DNA of 59,852 nt. It comes from Candidatus Micrarchaeota archaeon. Its GTDB lineage: Archaea; Micrarchaeota; Micrarchaeia; Micrarchaeales; CABMGC01. Shown piece after piece: positions 18,570 through 28,750 of the stretch (position 1 is its first letter; the number at the start of each line of letters is the position of its first letter). The notes under the pieces are model-generated. The model saw nothing but the letters and a program-made list of their open reading frames with translations. It searched no databases and was not told where the DNA came from. The position numbers were made by a program, and so were the translations under genes. The DNA is taken from assembly GCA_021804105.1 (NCBI GenBank), contig JAJZKP010000004.1, positions 1 to 59,852 of the forward strand, in the 5' to 3' direction.

Positions 18570-19982
18570 TCAGCCGATTCCCTTGCTTGTGTCAAGCTTT
18601 ATGAGCCTCTTAAGCTCTAGCGAGTACTCGAGAGGCAATACCTTGGTAAGATCGTCTATAAATCCGAGGACTATCATCGCTACGGCATCGTCCTCCGATA
18701 TTCCCCTTGACATTAAGTAGAATATGTCATCATCGCTTATCTTCCCGACCTTTGCCTCATGGCTTATCACTGCGTCACTCCTGTTGATCTGATTGTATGG
18801 ATACGTATTGGTTTTTGCCTTGTCGTCAAGAAGAAGTGCATCGCATGAAACATGGGCCTTTGCATTTGCAGCACTCTTTGCAACATGCATTAGTCCCCTG
18901 AACGAGGTGACCCCCGTTCCCTTAGAAACGCTCTTCGAGATTATCTTCGATGTTGTATTTGATGCGAGGTGGTAGATCTTTCCGCCAGAATCCTGGATCT
19001 GGCCGTCCCCTGCAATCGCTATCGAGAGCACTTCCCCGCTTGCACGCTCCCCCATCAGGTAGATTGACGGATACTTCATGTTGACCTTGCTGCCTATGTT
19101 TGCGTCTATCCACTCTACGCGAGCATCTTTTGAAGCGTGAGCACGCTGAGTTACAAGATTGTAAATGTTCTTTGACCAGTTCTGGATTGTAACGTATCGT
19201 ATGTGTGCGCCTTCCAGTGCAACAAGTTCGACTACAGCAGCATGAAGGGAATCTTTCTTGTATATGGGTGCAGTGCAGCCTTCAAGGTATGTGACATCTG
19301 CTCCCTCGTCTGCAATGATAAGCGTTCTCTCGAATTGGCCGGCATTCATTGCGTTGATCCTGAAATATGCATTGAGCGGCATCGGTACCTTCACCCCTTT
19401 TGGCACATATATGAAACTGCCACCCGACCAGACCGCAGTGTTTAGCGCAGCAAACTTGTTGTCCGTAGGAGGTATTATAGTGCCCCAGTACTTCTTGAAT
19501 AGTTCAGGGTACTTCTTTATTGCAGTGTCCGTATCAGTGAATATTATTCCGAGCCTGTTGAGTTCCTCATTCACGTGCGAATATACAACTCCGCTGTCAA
19601 ACTGAGCCTCTGCGCCTGAGAAGAACTTCCTCTCTGCCTCAGGGACTCCAAGCTTGTCGAACGTGTCCTTGATCTCCTTCGGAACGTCCTCCCACTTGTT
19701 TGATTCCTTCATCTTAGGCATAAGGTAGTAGTAGTATTCTGCGAAATCGATAGCGTTTAGGTCGGCTCCCCATTTTGGCATGGGCTTGCTCTCGAATACC
19801 CTGAATCCCGTGAGTCTCTTCTCAAGCATCCAGTCCGGCTCGCCCTTGAGCTTTGAGATCTTCCTGACTATATCCTCAGAGAGCCCTCTTGGAAAACTCT
19901 CGTAGTCTACAGTCTTGCTGAACCCGTACTTCTCCGCGTACTCAGTGCGTTCTACAACTTCTTCCAATCCTTCGTTTACCAT
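18570..19982 (-). CDS. sufB: Fe-S assembly protein SufB
   Basis: DNKFAALN.AVWSGGSF, GQFERTLI, YLEGCTAP, HEA.V.KI. Start moved to MVNE. Confidence 0.96.
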   Translation of the reverse strand: MVNEGLEEVVERTEYAEKYGFSKTVDYESFPRGLSEDIVRKISKLKGEPDWMLEKRLTGFRVFESKPMPKWGADLNAIDFAEYYYYLMPKMKESNKWEDVPKEIKDTFDKLGVPEAERKFFSGAEAQFDSGVVYSHVNEELNRLGIIFTDTDTAIKKYPELFKKYWGTIIPPTDNKFAALNTAVWSGGSFIYVPKGVKVPMPLNAYFRINAMNAGQFERTLIIADEGADVTYLEGCTAPIYKKDSLHAAVVELVALEGAHIRYVTIQNWSKNIYNLVTQRAHASKDARVEWIDANIGSKVNMKYPSIYLMGERASGEVLSIAIAGDGQIQDSGGKIYHLASNTTSKIISKSVSKGTGVTSFRGLMHVAKSAANAKAHVSCDALLLDDKAKTNTYPYNQINRSDAVISHEAKVGKISDDDIFYLMSRGISEDDAVAMIVLGFIDDLTKVLPLEYSLELKRLIKLDTSKGIG

Positions 19983-19987
19983 ATAAA

Positions 19988-20317
19988 TCACTCTGTCTCC
20001 GCGCTGGAGAACTTGCAGTCAAATGCGTTCTCCTTCTTGCAGACAGTACATATGGCGGAATTTGCATACTTCCTGTCCCCGCCTGCAAGCAGGCTGATCT
20101 TGCCTGCGATCCACTCCTTGCTTATCCTGCTTTCCATGTCCTTTATTCTATCAGAGTATTTCCCGGAGAGGTACTTGCTGACAGCAGCCTGGGCTATGCC
20201 CAGCCTTGCCGCTATCTCCTGCTCCGTGAGGTGATATCTTTCCTTGAGCTCCTTGGCTATTACCGACCTTGCAGCTGGTATTATCAGTTTCGATGCGCGA
20301 GTGTAACCGTTTATCAT
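19988..20317 (-). CDS. HTH transcriptional regulator with C-terminal cysteines, candidate suf regulator
   Basis: PA.R..IA.EL, HTH EQEIAARLGIAQAAVSKYL, CTVC-x7-C; first gene of the suf operon. Confidence 0.8.
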   Translation of the reverse strand: MINGYTRASKLIIPAARSVIAKELKERYHLTEQEIAARLGIAQAAVSKYLSGKYSDRIKDMESRISKEWIAGKISLLAGGDRKYANSAICTVCKKENAFDCKFSSAETE

Positions 20318-20330
20318 GACTTCCTCCTTT

Positions 20331-20347
20331 TTATAACTCAGTTATAA
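20331..20347. promoter_or_regulatory. Palindromic operator candidate TTATAAC-TCA-GTTATAA
   Basis: Perfect 7-3-7 inverted repeat between the TATA-like box (about 20364-20372, minus strand) and the GGAGG RBS of the suf operon. Confidence 0.65.
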
Positions 20348-20404
20348 TATAGGCCATGAACTATTTTATATACCTTCGTGGAAGGCAGATATCCCATTAC
20401 TGGT

Positions 20405-21646
20405 TTAGAGGGATGTGGCAGTTAAAGGCTGTAATGCGCGTTTTCTATCCTTCCCTGGTATTAGAGGTATGAATAGGGCTGACGCTACCCCGAATATTAG
20501 CATGGCCCACATGGTAGCGGTGAGGCTCACCCCCAGGTAGAGCAGGAGTGACATAACGGCAATGCCTGCAGCGCCTCCCAGTGTGTTGCCTATGCCCCAC
20601 ACCATGCCGTGTGCCGTTGTTGCAATGTCTTTTGGCACTATCTGGTTAACGTAGCCGAGCAGCACAGGGAATCCGGTAAACGAGAGGAATATGAATAATG
20701 CATAGAAAATTGTTATTAGTGCCATGTGCGAACCGGAGAGCATGAACAGCAGGAAGAAGAGCGCGGAGAATACAGTTGTTATGCCTATGGTTGCTTTGCC
20801 TCCGTATATGTCAGTGAGCTTTCCGAAGATAGGCTGCCCGAGTATGGCGGTGATGAAGCTTAACGTGAGCACGTAGCCGACCAGTATCTCCGAGCCTGTC
20901 TGGACCAGAAGGTACTCTGATATGTATGTTATTGTGCCAGAGAGGAACATAGACCTGATGAATACCATAGAGACAAGGGCAATAAGCATGGGGCGGTAGC
21001 GCTTCAGTGCAACCTTGTTGCTATATGCTTTCCTTGCAGTATCGACCTTGCGCGTTTCTTCTGCCTTGAGGAATCCAAGGCCTATGAATATAGCCCCGCC
21101 TGCAAGCATCGCATATGCGCCAAGTATCAGCAGCGCATAGAACTTTCCAACCAACAGTATTAAAGGTATGAGCACTATGGGGAGCAACGACCTTCCAACA
21201 CTGCCGAACGAGCCATTTATGCCAAGTGCAGATGCTGATTTCTTTGAGTATACTCTATTCAGGATAGAAGCCCCGAGAGGATGGTAGAAGGACTCGCCGA
21301 TGCCAAGCAGTATTGCTGCGGCAAGTATCACAGGAATGATGTAAGTGCCGGAAACGAATGAGACTGCGAAAAGCACCATTGATAGTCCGAGTATGACTAT
21401 GCCCATTGCCATCAGGATGCGGTGCGTCCTGGTCCTGTCCGCGAACCTGCCTATGGAAGTGCTAAGGAAACCGCTTATCACATTGTATGCTATTGCAATT
21501 ACGCCAAGCAGGGCAAGTCCAAGTCCGAAATCCTTGTTGTAGTATATTATGAGCACTGAGAAAAGCAATGTTGTGAAGTCGTTGCTGAAATGGCCCAGGG
21601 AGGTGAACGCCAGCGCCCTAAGTCGCATGGATCCTTCATTAGGCAT
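20405..21646 (-). CDS. MFS transporter (Fsr-like)
   Basis: GHF.ND, G.FADR, FYHP motifs; about 12 TM helices. Start moved to MPNE. Confidence 0.88.
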   Translation of the reverse strand: MPNEGSMRLRALAFTSLGHFSNDFTTLLFSVLIIYYNKDFGLGLALLGVIAIAYNVISGFLSTSIGRFADRTRTHRILMAMGIVILGLSMVLFAVSFVSGTYIIPVILAAAILLGIGESFYHPLGASILNRVYSKKSASALGINGSFGSVGRSLLPIVLIPLILLVGKFYALLILGAYAMLAGGAIFIGLGFLKAEETRKVDTARKAYSNKVALKRYRPMLIALVSMVFIRSMFLSGTITYISEYLLVQTGSEILVGYVLTLSFITAILGQPIFGKLTDIYGGKATIGITTVFSALFFLLFMLSGSHMALITIFYALFIFLSFTGFPVLLGYVNQIVPKDIATTAHGMVWGIGNTLGGAAGIAVMSLLLYLGVSLTATMWAMLIFGVASALFIPLIPGKDRKRALQPLTATSL

Positions 21647-21971
21647 AAGTCCTTTAGATATGCAGCTTCTTAATAAATAATACATTCTGCAAGGTTATTG
21701 CAATATTAGCTTCCCTGGCAATCGCTTTTTGTATGGCGGTGAATATGGCGCACGCGATGCCGATAACAATTAACATAAGTTTCCGGACCTGTCGCTTAAA
21801 TGCCTCAGGATAATACTGCATGTTGGTGTGGGCCGCGCAAGTGATTTATACCCTACGTGTGATGTATAAGAGCATGCCGCGGGAGACAGGTACAGATTTT
21901 TATAAAGTGGGCATGCGCAACGGGTCTTAATATCCTGGCATAGGGATAGAAGGCCATTAGTTGGTGGTATT

Positions 21972-22856
21972 ATGAGAAGAATTTACCTTAATGTTGCTGT
22001 ATTCCTGCTCGCAGTTATTATCGGGACTGCATTAGTAATCCTGATACCGCAGCTCTACAAGTCATCCTTAAACGGCACGGCAGTTTATGCCATGGCACTG
22101 CAGGCACTTCTGATCGTAATATTTGGCTATATAGCCACACACGCGTTGGAGTCGCTAGTAATAGCTTATGGAAAAGGGAAGCAGAGGATGGATGAGAGAT
22201 CCCTTGCCAAGGTGGCGCGAGTACTTGGTTACATAGTGATCGTTTTCATACTCCTTGTCATGTTTCAGGTGAACCTAACCGGATTATTGATTGGAGCTGG
22301 TTTCCTTGGGATAGTTGTCGGATTGGCGGCCCAGTCAACCCTGGGGAACCTCTTTTCTGGAATAAGCATGATGGCTGCAAAGCCGTTTGCTGAAGGCGAC
22401 AGGATAACATTTACCACATGGCAGTACGGAATGATGCCGCCTTCATATTCCCACCACGCCATGTTTCCGGGATTCTCAGGTGTCATAGACACTATAGGTC
22501 TCATGTATACGAAGATCAAGCTTGATGACGGACCAGTCACGTTTGTTCCTAACGCAATAATTAACCAGGCAGTGGTAATGAACTACTCGATATCGAATAG
22601 CAAGGATGTGGTAGTCAGGGTTGAGTTGGTGAAGAAGCAGTTCAAGTCCTTCTCTGAAGAGGTTATGAAGAGGATACGCGCAGATAAGAAGCTTGAGAGG
22701 CTGATAGGCGACAAGGTAGATATCCGCATAACAGACATAAACCTCAGCAACTACGGAGTTGCAGTGAGGGTCACAGTTCCGGTAAGCCAAGAGGACTTTG
22801 TAAGCAAGAGGCTCCCTGACCTTATACTCGGTGTAGCTGGCAGGTTCCAATCATGA
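21972..22856 (+). CDS. mscS: Small-conductance mechanosensitive channel
   Basis: G..G...GLAAQ.TL.N..SG, PF..GDRI, VPN motifs. Confidence 0.9.
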   Translation: MRRIYLNVAVFLLAVIIGTALVILIPQLYKSSLNGTAVYAMALQALLIVIFGYIATHALESLVIAYGKGKQRMDERSLAKVARVLGYIVIVFILLVMFQVNLTGLLIGAGFLGIVVGLAAQSTLGNLFSGISMMAAKPFAEGDRITFTTWQYGMMPPSYSHHAMFPGFSGVIDTIGLMYTKIKLDDGPVTFVPNAIINQAVVMNYSISNSKDVVVRVELVKKQFKSFSEEVMKRIRADKKLERLIGDKVDIRITDINLSNYGVAVRVTVPVSQEDFVSKRLPDLILGVAGRFQS

Positions 22857-23024
22857 ATACGTCCCAAAATAGAGATAACGAAATTTGTTGGATTATCGGT
22901 TTCCTCCATCGCTTTTTACATGCTTTCTTTTGTTGTCTGTCCTGCTATATAGGCAGCAGGGTGATAACCGCACCGATTGACTTTTAGCCCGGGGAGGGCT
23001 GCGGGCCTTTGCGTATCGTTGATG

Positions 23025-23096
23025 AGCCTCAGAAGGGGATTGAACCCTCGACCCCCAGTTTACGAAACTGGTGCTCTACCACTGAGCTACTGAGGC
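23025..23096 (-). tRNA. tRNA-Thr(CGT)
   Basis: Cloverleaf GCCTCAG...CTGAGGC-T, anticodon arm CCAGT-TT-CGT-AA-ACTGG, GGTTCAATCC T-arm; no intron, no encoded CCA. Confidence 0.96.
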
Positions 23097-23187
23097 ATAG
23101 TAGTATTAGTATATTTAATAACCGTGTAAAAGCTATATAAATCCAAATACAGATAGGCTAACTGGCTTAGGGTATGGCAGAATAGCG

Positions 23188-26100
23188 GTGCACAAGATCA
23201 TGAATAACCCTTTCGTTTCAAGGGCTCAGAGCGCTGGGGGCAGTTCGCCTGCGCCTCAGCCAGGGCCTGCGGCTCCGGGTCCCGGATCCCCAGCAAGCAT
23301 TCCGCCGGGCAATTCGCCTTCAGGGCCTACGCCGGACCGGAAGCCGGCTTACAGCTCAAGCGGCAATGCACCGTTAGAAGCGAAGCGCCTCTCTGACGAG
23401 ATGGTAAACAAGATAGACAACGCGGCGAAGAGGAACTCAGTAATCAAGCTTAGTGCTCTTGTGGTTATTATTGCGGTAGTTGCCATAGGAGGTTATCTTG
23501 CATATTCGCATTATGCTTCCACGATTACTACAACAACCGCGCTTACTACTGCATCTGCCACTACTGCGCCAACCACTACAGTGAAAGCGGTGATCGAGAA
23601 GCTCTCTTCATGCTCTACAATAACATCTCCAGGCACATATTACTTAACTTCGAGCATAAGCACGGGAATGCAGAGCGGCTCATGCATAAACATAGAGAGC
23701 AGCAATGTCAAGCTGATAGGCAACGGCAACCGGGTACAGGGCAATGGGCCTTATGTATCATCACCGCCATTCTCTTATGGAGTATTTGTAGGACAAGTAT
23801 CCAATGTGACTGTTACAGGGATCATAGTCTCCAAGTTCTCCTATAACTTCTATTTCAACGGATCTAAGGTCTCTTACCTCACCAACAGCAGTTCCAGGAA
23901 TGCTACAATATCCGGTATTTACCTCAACCGCACTTATGGGGATTACTTGATAGGAGACAACTCCTCTGGCACGGCATACAGCGGGGGCGGAATCAACTTC
24001 AATGGCGGGAGCGGCACGGCAGTAGATGACGACATAGTGCAGAACAACGCTTATTATGGGATGTACATAAATTCTTCTGGAGACTCATTCTCAGGCGATT
24101 CCTACATAAACAACCCCATAGACCTTGCTTGCATCGGAAAGAACGGATTGAGTTCAGCGAGCAAATTCTCTGCATCTTACTGCAGCATCAACCAGGAATG
24201 CAACTTCGCAAGGTGCTCCCAGACCAATATACCTTTCAACATAAGCACAATAGCGCTGGCAGGCAGAATAAGCTCGTGCGGCACAATAGCGTCATCTGGC
24301 ACTTACTCCCTTTCCAGCAGCATTAACGTGCTTGATTACATAAATACTTCATCGCAGCCAGCGCTGGCTTCCAGATGCATAAACATAGCCGCTTCAAACG
24401 TGCGCCTGGATTGCAACGGCTATTCGATTGACAATGGGGGTTATGGCGTCTATGCCTCGTCCCCTGCAGGCCTTTACAACGTTACGGTAGCAGGATGCAC
24501 GTTCTCGAACGATACGTACGGGCTTGGAATAAACCACGCATTTGAGGTAAATGTAAGCAAGATAAATGCCATAGGCGACGGTACTGGAATAATCCTGCAG
24601 AATGTCACTACGGGAGTCGTGGGCGGCGCATACATGCGCAGCAGCCGTGAAGGCATAGTCCTCAATGGCACTAGCGGAATAACTCTTACCGGAATAAACA
24701 GCAACAATAACACTTATGGCACAGAGGTGTTGAGCCCGGGACCGGATATCTATTCGAATGACACATTTGCGAACAACAAGGCAGCAGACCTCGCATGCAG
24801 CTCAAGTGCGTATAAATCTACCACGCAGACCCTGCAGGGCATTACCTGCGGAACCACTACCTGCGCGTGGGGAGCCAACTACTGCAAGGCCTACCTGCCT
24901 CCACAGCAGAACGTAAGGCCGTTGAATTCGTGCTTCACCATCACGGCGCCGGGCAACTACTCGATATCGAAGAACATTGTCTCATCGCAACCCGGGAACT
25001 GCTTTGTATTCCAGGCATCTGATGTCAACCTCTACTGCAACGGCAATACAGTCTATGGAATCAAAGGGGCAGAGGCATTTACCGCGGCAGGGGTATCAAA
25101 TGTTATAGTAAGCAACTGCAGCATAGCGGACTTCGGCACTGGCATAGCGATCAGCAACTCAAACAGCATAGCCCTAAGGAACCTCAATATCACGAACTCA
25201 ACGGTCCCGGTTCGCCTGGACGTAGGAAGCCATGACCTGGTATCCAATGTTGTGGTCTCGTATTCCCAGCAGGGACTCAACTTCACCGATGTGAACAATT
25301 CTTCCATATCCAATGATACGGTAAGGTACGTGCTTGGAGGCTACCCGGGATTCAACTTCACCGGAGCGTCAAAGGACGTGATACTGTTCAATACCGCGCT
25401 TGAGAATAGCGGCTACGGCTTCTCGTTTACCGGATCCAGGAACAACCTGGTCTCGAACAACACGGGCTCATCGAACAAGCCAGATGACTACTATTGCTCG
25501 CAGGACTCGTCAGGCTTATATGCGAACAACGGAGGCATAAATGTGGGGCTTGACAAGGTTGGCTGCAAGTGGCTCGTTGCTGTGCCAGTCTCAACCTACA
25601 CGCCGTCTTGCGAGGGCATTAACACAGTCTCGCATATAACGCTAACAACCGACCTGCTCTACACATATGGAGGCACCTGCTACACTGTATTCTCCAATGA
25701 AGGCACGTCTGGGAGCGGAACCGTCATAAATTGCGCGGGGCACACGATATACGCAACACACGGAGGCACTTTCGTCAAGGTGATTAACGCCACGAATGTT
25801 GAGGTAGAGAACTGCGTATTCAGGAACTTTACAACACCGGTGGTTTCCACCGCCTCGTATACAAAGGTAATAAACAATACATTCGGAAATGCAAACGCAT
25901 CAGTCTCGCTCTACAATGCGCAGGACCAGGAAGTGCTTAACAACAACATATTCAATTCCTCATACGGGGTATTTGCCCAGAAGGTCTCTTTCGAGACCAT
26001 ATCGAACAACAACATGACAAATACAAACGTAGGCATCTACCTGGTGAACGACACCCAGGGCAGCATAGAGAACAATACTGCTTCGGGTTCTGTGGGCATG

Positions 26101-26286
26101 TACATGGTAAACTCAAATAGGGATCAGGTATATGGCAACAGGTTCGTAAACGAATCTGCAAACGGGGTTGTCTGTGCGATGACAGCGCAGGGAGTCACTA
26201 GCGGGAACGAGGACCTTGGCAACAATGCGTGCTCAAGCAACTCCAATTGCCAGTGGATGACCACGTCAAATGCATGCAGAGTGTAG
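23188..26286 (+). CDS. Membrane-anchored surface protein with four Cys-rich parallel beta-helix (NosD/PbH1-like) modules
   Basis: Pro-rich N-terminus, one TM helix, Thr-rich stalk, repeated SC.TI..PG.Y.L...I...CI.I..SNV.L.CNG caps and N-x-I-x-N-N repeats. Confidence 0.8.
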   Translation: MHKIMNNPFVSRAQSAGGSSPAPQPGPAAPGPGSPASIPPGNSPSGPTPDRKPAYSSSGNAPLEAKRLSDEMVNKIDNAAKRNSVIKLSALVVIIAVVAIGGYLAYSHYASTITTTTALTTASATTAPTTTVKAVIEKLSSCSTITSPGTYYLTSSISTGMQSGSCINIESSNVKLIGNGNRVQGNGPYVSSPPFSYGVFVGQVSNVTVTGIIVSKFSYNFYFNGSKVSYLTNSSSRNATISGIYLNRTYGDYLIGDNSSGTAYSGGGINFNGGSGTAVDDDIVQNNAYYGMYINSSGDSFSGDSYINNPIDLACIGKNGLSSASKFSASYCSINQECNFARCSQTNIPFNISTIALAGRISSCGTIASSGTYSLSSSINVLDYINTSSQPALASRCINIAASNVRLDCNGYSIDNGGYGVYASSPAGLYNVTVAGCTFSNDTYGLGINHAFEVNVSKINAIGDGTGIILQNVTTGVVGGAYMRSSREGIVLNGTSGITLTGINSNNNTYGTEVLSPGPDIYSNDTFANNKAADLACSSSAYKSTTQTLQGITCGTTTCAWGANYCKAYLPPQQNVRPLNSCFTITAPGNYSISKNIVSSQPGNCFVFQASDVNLYCNGNTVYGIKGAEAFTAAGVSNVIVSNCSIADFGTGIAISNSNSIALRNLNITNSTVPVRLDVGSHDLVSNVVVSYSQQGLNFTDVNNSSISNDTVRYVLGGYPGFNFTGASKDVILFNTALENSGYGFSFTGSRNNLVSNNTGSSNKPDDYYCSQDSSGLYANNGGINVGLDKVGCKWLVAVPVSTYTPSCEGINTVSHITLTTDLLYTYGGTCYTVFSNEGTSGSGTVINCAGHTIYATHGGTFVKVINATNVEVENCVFRNFTTPVVSTASYTKVINNTFGNANASVSLYNAQDQEVLNNNIFNSSYGVFAQKVSFETISNNNMTNTNVGIYLVNDTQGSIENNTASGSVGMYMVNSNRDQVYGNRFVNESANGVVCAMTAQGVTSGNEDLGNNACSSNSNCQWMTTSNACRV

Positions 26287-26379
26287 TGAATAGCTGGAAA
26301 CAGCCTGTTCAACTGCCAAGTCTTTACATGAAATGATGAATGCGCAACTTAAGGCAGAATAACCAGTAGGCTCCTGGTC

Positions 26380-28131
26380 TCACGGTCTCCCTTTCCCTTT
26401 TATCTGCGATATCTGCTCAAGAAGGTCCTTTGACTCTTCGTCAAGCAGGCTCTCGAATTTATACCTCAGCGCCCTCTCGTTCTCATCATTCATGAACGTG
26501 TAGAGGATATCGTTCTCGCGTATCTGCCTCCCGTAAGTTACATCATCTATCGAGATTGCAACGCTGCTCCCCTTCTTCGCCTCCTGCATGCTTATTCCGT
26601 TGTCCTGTATCTCCTTGACCTTGCCGATTATGGTTCCGTGCTCGTTCATCATCTGGTACCCGGGCTTTATCCTCCCTTTCTGCACCTCTACGCCGAATAC
26701 GGCAGGATGTGATATCCTGAACGTGCTGTTCGGAAGAAGCTTTACCTGGCCGGGAAAGACCAATGACTTCTCAAGCACGTTCTTCTCTGCTTCCCTCTCC
26801 TTCTGCACCCAGGCCTTGTAGTCATCTATGATCTTGTAGATTATGTTGCTTCCTATCACGCTTATGCCCGTGGCTTCGCTCTCGGCCCGGGCCTCCTCGT
26901 CTACAAGAACATTGAATGCCAGCACTACAGCGCCGTACGGGTCAGTGGCCTTCATCGAGAAGGCATCGAGGATGTCTCTCTTTGTGACCTTGCCTATCTC
27001 CTTCTTGCTTATGCTTATGTTCTCGGCCTTGAGGAGCCTTGAGAGGGCCTCTATGCTGCCCATCGTATCAGCCTTGAGTATCACTCCTGCCTTTTCCACT
27101 GCAAAGATCTCGCTTATCTCGGCCTTTATTTCCTGCTGGTAGTTTGGGATCTCGGTGGAAAGGACAAGCGATCCGGGAAGCGCCTCGTCAAGTCCGCTCC
27201 CGCTGACCTTTATGCCTGATGCGGCGCTCACCGAGTCCACGTAATAGAACTTGCTTGACGACTCGCGCATTTCCTGCAGCTCTTTGGGCTTTAGTAGCGC
27301 CTTGATCTTTGTGGTTCCGAATCCAGATTGCGTGGCAAAGGCTATCGTGTCGTTTACTTTTATGGTGCCGTTGTATAATATGATGTCTATGGTAGTGCCG
27401 AGTCCCTTGTCCTCCTTCCTCTCTATGATATTCCCCCTTCCCGGGCCAGATACCTCTATCTGGAGCCTCTGCTCCAGGAACCTCTGCGCAAGGCCAGTTG
27501 CATACATGAGCAGCTCGGCTATGCCTTCACCGGTCTTTGCGCTCTCGGGGACTATTATGACCTCTGTCTTGAAGTCCTTGACCCTGTCGAAGCGTTCGCT
27601 GTTGAAGCCAAGCTCGCTCAGCTTCCCTATAAGCCCATAGATCCTTGCCTCAAGGTCATCCGCGACTTCCCTGCGCTGCTTTGATATGGACTCGGAAAAT
27701 GACTGCGTAGGCTGCGGCATCCATCCGGTAACAGCGTCGATCTTGTTTGCAGCGACTATGAACGGAGTCTTGTATTCCTTGAGTATTTCCAGTGCCTCAT
27801 AGGTCTGCGGCTCGAAACTCTTCGTTACGTCAACCACGAGTATTGCAAGGTCTGCCACTGATCCTCCTCTTCTCCTCAGGTTCGTGAATGCCTCATGGCC
27901 GGGCGTGTCTATGAAGAGCAGGCCCGGAATCGTTATGTTTATTCCGAACTTCTGGATAAGCGGGCCTACGGTCTTCTTTATCACCTCAAGCGGCACTTCG
28001 CTCGCGCCTATGTGCTGCGTTATGCCTCCGGCTTCCCTCGCGGTAATGGTGGTGCTCCGGATCCTGTCAAGCAGGCTGGTCTTGCCGTGATCCACATGGC
28101 CCATTACGCATATGATTGGCTGCCTGATCAT
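26380..28131 (-). CDS. infB: Translation initiation factor aIF5B (IF-2)
   Basis: MIRQPIICVMGHVDHGKT, GGITQHIGA, DTPGH, NKID. Real start 28131; the track extension overlaps ndk. Confidence 0.96.
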   Translation of the reverse strand: MIRQPIICVMGHVDHGKTSLLDRIRSTTITAREAGGITQHIGASEVPLEVIKKTVGPLIQKFGINITIPGLLFIDTPGHEAFTNLRRRGGSVADLAILVVDVTKSFEPQTYEALEILKEYKTPFIVAANKIDAVTGWMPQPTQSFSESISKQRREVADDLEARIYGLIGKLSELGFNSERFDRVKDFKTEVIIVPESAKTGEGIAELLMYATGLAQRFLEQRLQIEVSGPGRGNIIERKEDKGLGTTIDIILYNGTIKVNDTIAFATQSGFGTTKIKALLKPKELQEMRESSSKFYYVDSVSAASGIKVSGSGLDEALPGSLVLSTEIPNYQQEIKAEISEIFAVEKAGVILKADTMGSIEALSRLLKAENISISKKEIGKVTKRDILDAFSMKATDPYGAVVLAFNVLVDEEARAESEATGISVIGSNIIYKIIDDYKAWVQKEREAEKNVLEKSLVFPGQVKLLPNSTFRISHPAVFGVEVQKGRIKPGYQMMNEHGTIIGKVKEIQDNGISMQEAKKGSSVAISIDDVTYGRQIRENDILYTFMNDENERALRYKFESLLDEESKDLLEQISQIKGKGRP

Positions 28132-28204
28132 GGAAATCGCCAGAATAGTAGCTAATATAAATGTCAAGGATAATATAAAAAGAGATAATGTACACGGTGA
28201 GCAT

Positions 28205-28747
28205 ATGAGCCAGGAACTTATCTTTCTGAAGCCTGATGGCATAAAGCGCGGTTTGGTAGGAGTAGTAATAGGAAGATTCGAGAAAGCAGGATTCAAGATA
28301 GCCAAGATGCGGAAGGGAAGGATCTCCAAGGAGCTCTCGGAGCTGCTATACCAGGACTCGAAGGCCCAGCTGGAAGGCATGGGAGGGAAGACCCTGAAGG
28401 CCATGACAGAGAAGGGAGAGAGGGCAAAGGTAATGCAGCTCTTCGGCACTGAGGTACCTTTCGAGATAGGAAAGCAGCTTAACCAGTGGAACAGGATTTA
28501 TGCAACTTCCTCTGATGTCATTGCCGTGATACTTGAGAAGGAGGGCGATGCGGTTACTGAGGCAAGGTCCATAGTGGGCAAGACAGATCCGGCCATCTCT
28601 CCTAAAGGCACAATACGCGGGGACTTTGCCGCTGACTCAATATACAGTGCCAACATGGGAAAGAGGGCGTGCGAGAACGTGGTCCATGCTTCCGATGTTG
28701 ACACTGCGGAGATGGATATAAGGAACTTTGAGAAACACTTCTTCTGA
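28205..28747 (+). CDS. ndk: Nucleoside-diphosphate kinase
   Basis: KPDG..RGLVG, G.T.P....KGTIRGDF, N.VHASD (catalytic His). Start moved to MSQE. Confidence 0.92.
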   Translation: MSQELIFLKPDGIKRGLVGVVIGRFEKAGFKIAKMRKGRISKELSELLYQDSKAQLEGMGGKTLKAMTEKGERAKVMQLFGTEVPFEIGKQLNQWNRIYATSSDVIAVILEKEGDAVTEARSIVGKTDPAISPKGTIRGDFAADSIYSANMGKRACENVVHASDVDTAEMDIRNFEKHFF

Positions 28748-28750
28748 AGA

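Noticed and set aside
21802-21808. GCCTCAG matching the tRNA-Thr acceptor end, which would bracket mscS as an island
   Set aside because: Only 7 nt; the same word occurs inside ordinary genes, so it is expected by chance.
21670-21821. About 50-aa minus-strand ORF MQYYPEAFKRQVRKLML..., faintly like an IS3 transposase N-terminus
   Set aside because: No downstream transposase, no terminal inverted repeats and no RBS; it overlaps the likely MFS promoter.
28132-28449. 106-aa N-terminal extension of IF-2 in the ORF track
   Set aside because: It is the antisense of ndk; aIF5B begins at MIRQP (28131).
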